Positions 29,107 through 40,100 of a stretch of 57,493 nucleotides of DNA are shown here, one piece after another; positions within the stretch are counted from its first letter, which is position 1, and every line of letters begins with the position of its first letter. Source of the stretch: Gracilinanus agilis (lineage: Eukaryota). Location of the stretch: the NCBI RefSeq assembly GCF_016433145.1, contig NC_058131.1:285926988-285984480 (forward strand). Reading direction: 5' to 3'. The notes under the pieces are model-generated. The model was not told where the DNA came from. It saw only the letters and a list, made by a program, of their open reading frames with translations, and did not search any database. The translations under genes and the position numbers were made by a program.

Positions 29107-30975
29107 GGCTACCTCGTCCCCACTGGGAACGCTGCCGGCCTTTCAGACAGGGAGACAGTTGAGCCCCGGGGAAACGCCTGTCGCGTTTTTTACTCAGGGC
29201 GCCAACCCGGCGTCCGTACTTCCCGCCCCCGACCGCGTGTCCTGCCTGGGCTTCCGTTTGTACGCCTGCCTCTCAGCCCCAACGCGTTCCACGCGACTCG
29301 GGAGCCGCGCCGGCCTCGTGCACTCGCGACTCGAGACTTCGTTAGGTTTCGGCCAATCCAAGGGCAGTTTGGCCGGGCCCGGAAACTTGAAGGCCCCGCC
29401 TTTCCCAGTGGTCCCCCATGGTGCAGCGCGCGGTTGCCTAGAGACCACTTTAATCCTCTCAGTGTCGCGCAGACGTGTAGTGAAGGCTGAGTTAACCTAT
29501 ATCAGTCTGGCGTGGGTGAGAGTAAAGGCCAGGACTGAGGAAATTCTGCGTTCCCCAGTGCGGGACAGGGATCCCCTCAGAGCTGCGCTTCCGTGGTCCT
29601 CCTTACGGGACGCCTCCTTTGCAACCCTTTCGCTAGGCAGTGATCGCCAACCCTGGGGTGTTGTTTCATCCTGGCTCCTAACCCTGCTTTCGTGACCAGC
29701 CCTCCTCATGCACACCGTGATCCTTCCTGCCCCCCGTTTCTTTCATCCCCAGCTCCGTCCCAACCCCTTTGGTGCCCTGCCCAGGTCTCATCTCTGCTTC
29801 CGCTTCCTCTTCCTCTTCTAATGCCTGAACTCCCCCATATATTATTCTCTGTACTCTGAACCCTCTCCCCAGTGTTTCCCATGCCCCATACTTCTTCCTC
29901 TCACTCTAGCCTCTCTTCTGCATTGTGTTTGACTGTGACCTGGCCCTTTCCCCCTTTTTGGACCAGACCTGTGATTTGATTGTTGTAGGGAGCTTTTGGT
30001 GACAAATTTGACCTCCTAGTTCAGAACTGCGGTTTCTCAGCGATTTATAATAATCTTAAAGAGTTGCCCAGTGTCATGCAGCCCACATATGTTGGAGGCA
30101 GGATTTGAACTCTGGTATTTTTGACTTTTAGGCCTGCACTTTATCTGTTCACTATTTGTCATCACTGCTTCTGACCCATCCTCTTAACATGATTTCTAAA
30201 TTTTAAAAATGCTTTGAGTAATACACATAATTATTAGACCTACGCTCCTTTATAGATAGTATATTAATGACTATGTTGTGAGGAAAAAAGGGAAATCATA
30301 TACGTGAAAGTGTGTTGAAAAATAAAACTTGCCCTATAAGTAAATGCAAGATGATTACATATTTTTATCCATTTCATAGGATTTAGAATTGGAAGGAGAG
30401 GCAGCTAGGTGGTTCTGTGGATAGAGAGCCAGGCCTGGAAATGGGAGGTCTTGGTACAAATGTGGCCTCAGATACTTCCTAGCTGTTTGACTTTAGGGAA
30501 GTCACTTAACCCCATTGCCTAGCCTGTTCCTCTGCTTTGGAACCAATATGATTCTAAGACAGAAAAGGTAAGGATTTCTAGATCATTGTTTGACCCTAAC
30601 ATTTTACAGATAAGGAACCTGAATGGAGAGAAGAGAATTTGCTTGTCCAAAGGTCACAGAATTAATTAGCATGCCTTTAAACTCTGGTCATCTGACTCCT
30701 AATCCAGTGTTCTTGTTTCTTCATCTTGTTTATCTGCCTTTATATCAGTACTGTATTACACTTTGGTGACTGTTTGGAGTAGGAAGTTGGTACTTTTCTT
30801 TAATTTCCCCAAATAAAGATTTCTGAACCATCTATCCCTTTGGTCCCCATTCTAATTCTTTGAAATGACATAGGTTTTCATAATAAAATTAAGATATAGG
30901 CTACATGTTGCCATGCATAGATAACTATCAATCAGGTGTAATGTTCCCTAATTTATGTAATTCTTGTTTCCCTAG

Positions 30976-31183
30976 ATGGCTAATGATCTTGAGGTTGGTT
31001 TTAGTATTAAACCTCTGATAAATATCAGATTAGCAGATATCAGTCAACTGGATGAGACCACCTGTGATCAAGCTATTTGCCAACATCCACACTGTTGGGA
31101 AACAATCCAAAGGCTTCAGAGGGGCCATCCTCGAATTCTTGAACCAATTTCTACAACTACCAAGAAAAGTGATAGTGAATTGA
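30976..31183 (+). CDS. C9orf43: C9orf43 first coding exon (donor at 31184; in-phase alternatives at 31175 and 31169)
   Basis: cctag|ATG; MANDLEVGF...QLDETTCDQAICQHPHCWETIQRLQRGHPRILEPISTTTKKSD. Confidence 0.85.
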
Positions 31184-34100
31184 GTAGGTCCTTTCACATT
31201 TATTCTAAGACCCATATACTTGGTATGTTTGGCCTCCTTATTGATGAGTTTTTATTCTGGTCTGTTTTTCTAGGTGAACTGCCAACTCTTAAAGTGGTGG
31301 ACATAGCTCTACCTGATTCTTCCATTTTGGCCAAGAGAATCCACAGACCTTTTTTTCCATATTCGGGTGAATGTTCTAAGTTTGACTCGCATTTACAAAG
31401 CAGGTAAATCATCATGAAAACACCAGAAATCATGTGTTTCAGAATCCCAGGTGGTCATGTTTTAGAGCTGTACCCCAGAATTTGAGAAACCAGGTTAAAA
31501 AAAGAAACAATTGCTTTGTCACAGTGGGTTTGCCATGGGAGGAAAGTTATCTCCCACTGATGAAGTGGTGAGAGAAAGAAATACTCCAATTTTGTGTGTT
31601 CCAGTAGAAGTGTTTAATTGAAGTGTATCTGATCAGTTGCAAATGGATTAAAAATTTTTAGGATGTTAATTGGTAGGATTACTCTAATTGCTTCACGAAT
31701 GAAATTATATTGAATCCAGGAGTCAGAGAGGTGGTTCTTAATTGTCTTGTATCTGCCATAATATCTGGGACATAGTTAACTATGTGTACAATAAATACTT
31801 GAATCAAAAACTGGATCTTCTTAAAGTCAAGGTATAGGTCCTTTGATATGCTTTATAGTGAATTTTTTTTTTTTTTGTTCAGTGGTACCTGGTGGGGGTC
31901 TATGAAATAGAGTATGATTGAGGAAGGGATAAGATCATATTCAGGCTCTCTAGGACTTGAGCTCTGGAGAAATGACTGAAATACTGCCTCTTTCACAGTG
32001 TGAAAGATACATGGTCGGCATACATTTACACTTTTCTTCTGGCCCAAAACTATAGTTCAGACTTTACAGGGAACTGCTATATCAAGTGAGTCCTTTCAAT
32101 TCAACTATATTAATCTATGTCTTATCTACTTTTCCATTCCTGTGGCCTCTATGTTAGTTCAGACCCAGAGGGTACTGACTAATGCTTAGTCTATGGCAAT
32201 AACTTCCTAACTGATCTCAGCCTCTTTTTTCAGTTTTTCATGAATACCTAGACCATATTGATTTTCTTAAAATGTTAATTAGCATGTCTTCTCCCTTACT
32301 CAAAAATTTTTACAGGTTTTTTATGGTTTACAGAATAAAGCTAAAACTTGGGTTTGCCATTCCAGGCTTCTCACTTTCTCTCCAGCTTTATCTCCCACTG
32401 TTCTCCTATATCCCTGATGGCAAACCTATGACATGCGTGTCAGCAGTGACACGCTTAGCCATTTCCCATGACACATGGCTGCATGCGGCTGCATACAGAG
32501 AAGTATGTTATTTAAAATACAAATATTGTGAAATTATGGGGTTTTCTCTTGAAGTGACACACCACACGAGTTATGCTTGGTTTTTTGGTGAATTCTGACA
32601 CACCAAGCTCAAAAGGTTGCCCATCACTGTCCTTCATGAACCTTATCCTTTAGCTAAACCACTTTAACCATTGTTCTCTGATCAATCAATTCTGATTTTC
32701 ACCTTTGTACCTTCAATTATAGTGTTTCTTCTATTTGGAATGTTCTCCATAGGCTTCTTAGCTTATTTATATCCTATCTTTCTCCCCTTCCCTAAAACTA
32801 TCACCTATTTTTAGAGTATTGGTTCCAAGGCAGAAGAGCTGAGGTTAAATGTACGGTTACACAGCTAGGAAATGTTGGAGGCCATATTTGAACCCAGACT
32901 TCTCTTCTCCAGGCCCAACTCTCTATCCACTGAGCAACCTAGCTGTTGCTTTTCCTATATCTGCTTAACAGCTACAATTAAAAATTATATTTACATATTG
33001 CTTTAAGACTTACAAAGTTTATTCTTGTGCCAAACCTATGAGGGGGGTATTTTAAATATTCCCATTTGTATATGAGGGAACCTAAGGTTGGAAAAAGTAA
33101 AAGGCTTTGCTCATGGTCACATAGCCAGTAAGTGTATAATCTGTGACCTGAATCCAGGTCTCTTAATGTTCAGCTTGACACTCTCCTCTTCACTGGACTG
33201 CCTTTCTAGGTCCAACTCAAATTCTCCTACCTCCATGAAATCTTACCTGATTTCTTCTTTTATGAGTGATTGGTTTTCCCATTTTCTCAGATTTTCTATA
33301 GCAGTTATTAATCTCTATACTCATTGTATGGGGCAGGTAGGTGGCACAGTGGATAGAGTGCTGGGCCCAGAGTTAGGAAGACTCATTTTCTGAAGTTCAA
33401 ATCTGACCTTCAGATACTTCCTAGCTGTGTGACCCTAGGCAAGTCACTTAATCCTGTTGGCCTCAATTTCCTCCTCTGTCAAATGAGGTAGAGAAGGAAA
33501 TGGCAAACTTATGTAGTATCTTTGCCAAGAAAGCATCATATGGGGTCACATAGACTCAGATATAACTGAAAAGGACTGAACAACAACAACAGCTAATACA
33601 TATTCAATAGCCTTTAATTTTTTTTATGTACATTTCCTATCTTCCCAACTAGACCTGTCTCTTGAAGACAGGGACTATATCTTATACTTCCTTGTGACCT
33701 AATCATGTGTCCTGCATGTAGGGTTCTCCATATCTATCTGTTGATCCTGATGCCTCCCTTTTGACCTGCATAGGGAAACAGATTAAAAAGAGAAATCATA
33801 AAGTAATGAGATATTATGCTGAAGGGCTATTGCTCTAGGCATGAGTGATTCTTAAGATTTCCCCTCCCCTAGCCTTTATTTTCCTCTCACTTCCTCTTAT
33901 CTCTCTTTGCTGTCTGTATTTCAGTTTCAAAGGATCCCATTTGTTGGGATTCAAGTCTCTGAAAGACTTCCCAGGTCAGAGGTTTGACCATAAGCATCGA
34001 AAACCTGCCAAAGTAAGTCATAAAGAAAAATAATCCAAATATGTCATATAGGATGTCTTTCCAGCTGAGCTGCACAACATAGAATGAAATGTGTTATCCT

Positions 34101-37100
34101 CATTTAATACCTTTTATTCTTGGTCAAGCCACTTAACTCTATTTGCTTCAGTTTCCTCATCTGTACGATGGTCTGGAGAAGGAAATTATCTCTGCCAAGA
34201 AAATCCTAAATGGGGTCAGGAGGGCTCAGACATGACTGAACAACAATCATAATATTCTTGGGGAGTGCCTGCTGCTTCGTGACCAAAGAAAGCTCTGACT
34301 TCTTGAAATATAGAATCAATCTGGGGAGATCATTATCCTGGATTTGTAGAGAACTTGGTGATTTGGGAGCAAAGAAATGGAAACACCCCTCTAACTGAAT
34401 AGTCAAATGTAAGGAGGAGATTTATTGGCCTCCTTAGCTATCAGATACTATAGACATTTAACCCACCATAGGGGCATATGTTGAAGTAGCATAGGGTAGT
34501 AGACCCCAGAAGTGGTGGGCAGATTGCAAAGGGTACCTAGAAAGGAACATTGCATTTGCCTCCCCTAAATGTCTATCCAGCTCCAGAGCTGTGGAGGATA
34601 ACTTCTGGGGAGGATGGGTAGTGTAATATAGGTATTTGTGTAAGGAAGCAGATAATCTTGTCTACAGAAGTTGACTCACATGTGTAAGGATGTTGAAACA
34701 AAATAGTATTGGGTGTTAAATTCTTTTAATGGACATTTAATGGACCACCTAAAGGTTTTATCAGAGTTTTCTGGCTTTTTAGGAAGCACTGGGTAGATAT
34801 AATTGCTAGACATAATGTAATCTAATGGAAAACACGCTAGATTTAGAATCTGAGGTTGTTGTTGTTTTGTTAGTTGTGTCCAAACTCTTTGGGGTTTTCT
34901 TGGCAAAGATAATGAAGTGGAAGTGGTTTGCCATTTCATTCCCCCAACTCATTTTAAAGATGAGGAAACTGAGGCAAATAGGGTTAGATGACTTGCTGAA
35001 AGTCATCCAATTAGTATCTCAGGCTAGATTTGAATTCAGGTCTTCCTGACTCTAGAGTTGTCACTTTATTCACTACACCACCCAGAATATGCCCCTAGAA
35101 TCTGAGTACCTCAGTTTAAATCCTAGCTTCATCATTTAACTCAGATATGACTTATGACATTAAACAACCTCAATGAACCTTGTTTCCTTATCTATAAAAT
35201 GAGAATAATAATAATGACTATCCAGTAATAATAATTACAGGGTTGTTTTGAGGTTCTTATAAGGAAAAGATACATGTGTTGTGAGGTTCTAATACATATG
35301 TGTATATATATGTACATATATACACAAACACACTCATATGAGGTATCAATATGTATTATCCAATAAACCATTAAACATATGTCAGCTATTATCATTGTTT
35401 TCAGTCTCCTTAATAGACTCCTGTGCCATCTAGTATATTACCTTCCCTCTAGCAGTACCTTTGTTTATATAAGCTCATGGGTTAAGATGGAAGGTGGGTT
35501 CTTACATGGAACTGAGTACCTGGGCTCTATAAGCCCAGGGGGCAAATTAGCATTCTTCATGGCATTTCATTTTTTTGTTATAGCTCCCAGTCCTGAATTT
35601 GAATGCATGTCTTCCAAAATGTCCAGATGTTGGGAATCTGGTTATGGTATGGATGCCAAATGGACAAGGGGGACACAAGAAACCTGACCAGAAGTGAGTA
35701 CTATACCTAGCCTTGGAAGTTCTTAGATTTTATACTTGAATAAACATCTAGAGATTTTTTACCTGTGTAGGTCTCTCTTTGGAGGGTAAAGATTATTCAG
35801 AGTAGAAATTAGAATTAACTACCCTGTCCCCTTTCTCTCCCTACTTGTCAGGAGCAATCCAAAACACTGCTGCTTTTAGATGGATCCTTTCTTAGACATT
35901 TTGCCTCAGTCTTAAAACCCAGTCATACTTGCACAGAATAACTCCCGAGTTGTACTTCTGTACAAAATAAAGTATGCTAGAATTCCTTATAGTAGAGAGT
36001 AAAGTAACTGAAAAAAGGAAACCAGTGACTCTTGTGCCTTGGGGCTCTCAAGCTCTGATTGAAATATGCTATTAAAGATGCTATTAAAGATGAAGAATAA
36101 CCTGACAGACCACACCTTGTCACTTTGGTACATTCCTCTACTTATTACATTTTGTACAGACCTTGCCACTAAATTTAACTTACTTGCATGGCTACTGAGA
36201 GAGAGAAAAATCACAACTATTGTCAACCATCATTTGTGGCACATTTATAGAAGTAACTTCATCATTTTCTGACTAATCGTTGTTTCTTATGGATAGAGAA
36301 GTCCCCACATGTAATTCATAGGTCTTTTCATACTTAGTTTGTTTGGATCAAGCCTGGATAAGAAGCCACTTGTTTCCTTGAAGACCAGCAGAATTATTCC
36401 ATGCGAGGAGTGGATCAGTGAAATAGCAGATCAGAAGGTTGTAAACTCTTTGTTTAAGTATCATTGATCAAAATGTTGATGCTTTTTTGTTTAGATTTTT
36501 TTCCTCCACCAGTTCTGCTTAGCTCCCAGCTTTAACCTTTAGGAGACATACCCTTCCAAGTGGCATCACCAAACTTCTCTCCATTCCAAAAATCTCTTCC
36601 CTTACCTACTTATGTTTATCCATCACCAGGGAAAAGCTTTCTTTGTAGATCTTTCTGGAGGAGACACCCCTAATTGAGTGCCAGGGAAGATGACATAGGA
36701 CTAGCTAGCTGCCAGAATGGTGTCAGGGACTTGCTAGAGAGAAAATTAGACAAGAATGGTGCTGTATGGAAAGTGAGAAGTTATGCAAAATAAAGTAGGA
36801 ATTGTGCTTAGAAGACAGTAAGGGACAAATTAGGACTACTGTTATGAAGCTAGTGTGTTGATTGGAGGAATTAGGGAATCCTTTGGTGGTGATAGGGAAA
36901 TGAGGGAGTTATTTTCATGATTGTTTCTCTTCAAGAAAAAGAAATCATCACAAGTCCCTACTGGTGGGCAGCCCTGTTCTGCCCAATTGATGCATCGATG
37001 GCTGAAGGTGCCTCCACCATCTCCAGTCACTCCACCTTCATATCCACATCTGGAATCCTTGCCGACCTGGGGCTATGTATTTCCCAGGCATGAATTAATG

Positions 37101-40100
37101 AGGTGAGCATTGCTTAGAGGGTAGCATGGGGGTAGTGGAATACTTGGAATGTGAAAGAAAAGATCTGGGTTTGAATTTCCTTCTGACACTTATTAGCTAT
37201 TTGACCTTAAAAAAATCACTTAGCCTTTTAGGATCTTGGTTTTTCCTCTATAAAATGAGACTATAAGTGCACCTATTTCATAGGATTATTGGCAGAATTA
37301 AACGAGAATGTATGTGAAGCACTTTGCAAGCCCAAAAGTATGATATAATTGTGAATTCTTCTCTTCTTCCTCTTCCCCTTTACTTACCTTTCCTCCTTTC
37401 CCTCCTCTTCTTTCCTTCCCTCTTTCTTTCCTCTCCCTCCCCCTTCCTCTTCTCTGTGAAGTCCAAAAGATGAATCCGTTTCTTTCCAAGTCAAGAAGGT
37501 TAAGTATAATACATTTCCCCTTTTAATCTGTTTCTACTTTTGCTTTAGGTTCTCAACTGGGCACAGATGGGCAGTTGTATCTCTAGATAAGTATCTTTAG
37601 ACAGCTTTGCAGACAGAGCACTGGTTTATGCAGACCCTCTTCCATGGTCAAGCTAGGGAAACTTCACTGGCCTTTTAAGCCATTTTTAACCTTTTATTCA
37701 TAGTCTTTTAGAATAAAACTACTATTTACTCTCTGCCCATCCTTCTTCCCCTCAGTTCTTTGTCTGAGGAAGACAAAGCATTTGCTTCTCCAAATATGGA
37801 CCAAATGGACATAATGAATGAAAAGAACCTTTGTCAGGAGCATCAGACAAAGCTGATACTAGATGTGCACAGAATAAACCTTCAGGTGAGAGCCCAGAGG
37901 ACCTAAAGGAAAGCTGTTTATTCATTTGATGTGGCTCTGAGGATGAATATGTAAGGAGATCACAGCACTGGCAACCTTGCTGTCTGGGCTAGCTTTGGGA
38001 AGGTTTCACTCAGTTATAACAGAGCAGGAGGGGGAGGTATTACGGATATGTACTCCTTCGTCAAACTACAAATATTCATTGATGACCCTCAGTGTTCAGA
38101 GTCCCTGTATGGGCCTTGTCCTTAGGAATAATGATTTGGAGACACAATAACATTGCTTGGAAGTTTAGAAATTCTGCTCTTGGTCACACATCATGTGTGT
38201 TGTATATAACGAAATGTCAGAGTGTGTTTTTTTTTTCTCTGTCACAGAAAACAGATAATGTTGGAGCTGTCCTCTTTCTCTGACATTAGAATTTTCATGT
38301 AATTTTCCTTTTTTTTTGAGTGTGGTTTTTCAAGTGTTCACCATTACACAGTTTGCAGTCTTTGTTAAGAGCATTAAGCACTTATTGCTACTAAAGATTT
38401 AGACATTTTGAGGTCAAAGAGATTTTATAGAAGTAATTTGGCTAAAGTCACACAGCTGATTAGTGGCTTAGCCTGGACTAGAACTCTAACATCTGACCCA
38501 GCTCAATCTGCTTTGACTTCAGCCAGGGACATCTCACTCCTCAGCCTGGGATGTTCCTTCAGTTCTGTTTCTTAGGGCAATGAGTGAGATCTGGTTTGGT
38601 TACTAATAAGCAGAAATATATCCTGAACACTTGGTTAGTCAGAGTCATCAAGAAAGCCCAAGAAAAGTGTTGGAATTGGCCCTCACCTAAGCTGCTGTAA
38701 TATAAACAAGGCGTCAATAATAATAAGTACTTCTGGGAATGGGGTGGAATGATGACCTGTAAAAAAAGTCAGGGATATTTAAATGTCTGCCCCTGATCTC
38801 AGATAAGAAAAGGGTGCAACTAATACTCCTTTCCCCCCAAAGTTTAACTTCTCACTGGTGGAATGATGAAGGAAAAGAGAATGAGCAAAATTCTAGGTGG
38901 GGGAAGAGTCTTTAGAAAAGCAATGTTTTTATTTTCTCTATAATTGGATTCCTTTATAGTAGGGATAGTATTTTCAATTTCTTCTGGATACTTTCTCCTA
39001 CCCTTTCAGAATAACATTGCACAGACCTCCTTGGAGGCCTCTTCCTGGTAAAGAGGTCATGTAACACTGAGCCTCCCAGGTTCTACTAGGCTGGAAAAGT
39101 TTTTGGTTTGGGCTCTATGATGGATTGGATGTCTTTTTTTCTCAGGACCAATGTAGTTGGCCCCCATTAAGACTCACTCATCATCAGATAGCACACTGTA
39201 CTAAAACCTGTTTTCTAAGGCATAGCAGGATAAAAATCTGTGTCTGTACAGGGAGCACCACATAGACACACATATATCCTTCAGGTATTGAAATATGAGC
39301 ATATTGAGGATATCTGTCCTAGTGTACATGTTTGTTGAAGAAATTAATTTGGGAAGAGTTAGGTATAAGAATTGAAGCAAAGTTGCTAATTCAAATCAGA
39401 GCTTTTCTTACATTTCTTCAGAGTCCAGGGTCGAATTATCCAGTAAATCCAAAAGTATCACCTTCCAGAAGGCTCAAATCAACTCCTGAGCTGAAGAGAA
39501 AAGGTAGAGGTAGAGGGGCTGCCCTCATGTACATAGGCCCCTTTGGCTTCACACTACACATGCATTGTCCTGGTCCCCCTCTCCTTTAGACTATGGGGGT
39601 GGGGGAGTGGGGAGGGTTAATGTTCTAGATCAGTGATTCCCAAAGTGGGCGCTACCACCCCCTGATGGGTGCTGCAGCAATCCAGGAGGGCGGTGATGGC
39701 CACAGGTACATTTGGGGGTGGTGAATAACTGTAAGGGGGTGGTGATAGTATGTGACAGGGGGCACTAAGTAATATTTTTTCTGGAAAGGAGGCGGTAGGC
39801 CAAAAAAGTTTGGGAACCACTGTTCTAGATTAATAATCATAGAACTCCACCCTATGTTCCACCAAGCTGCCATCTTAATTATGTTCTGTACTGAGAGAAA
39901 GACCCAGCTATTAACAAGGCACAAAATGGGAGCTTAGAGTTGAAATATAAATTACCTGAAGAAGAGAAGTTTGGTTTTCTGGTCACTAGGTCTCAAGATT
40001 CCAGTGCAGAAAATTAACAAAGCTTACAGAAAGCCAAGCCTAAAGAGTATGATACCACAAACTTCAGAGACGGTGAGTGATGACAAAAGTGTCTTAGAGA

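Larger units (their letters stand above)
28740..29700. promoter_or_regulatory. CpG island / bidirectional promoter shared by POLE3 (-) and C9orf43 (+)
   Basis: Dense CpG; CCAAT 29353-29357; GC boxes; E2F-like TTCCCGCC near 29220; ETS-like CCGGAA near 29379; + strand donor TGG|gtgaga at 29516 fits a non-coding C9orf43 first exon. Confidence 0.8.

Noticed and set aside
28766-29695. 309-aa + strand ORF, the longest in the track
   Set aside because: Antisense to POLE3 exons and spans the GC-rich island where stops are rare; no recognisable domain.
38610-38680. IYPEHL resembling human C9orf43 RYPERL
   Set aside because: No phase-0 acceptor and an in-frame stop directly upstream; exon 39422-39503 fits both phases.
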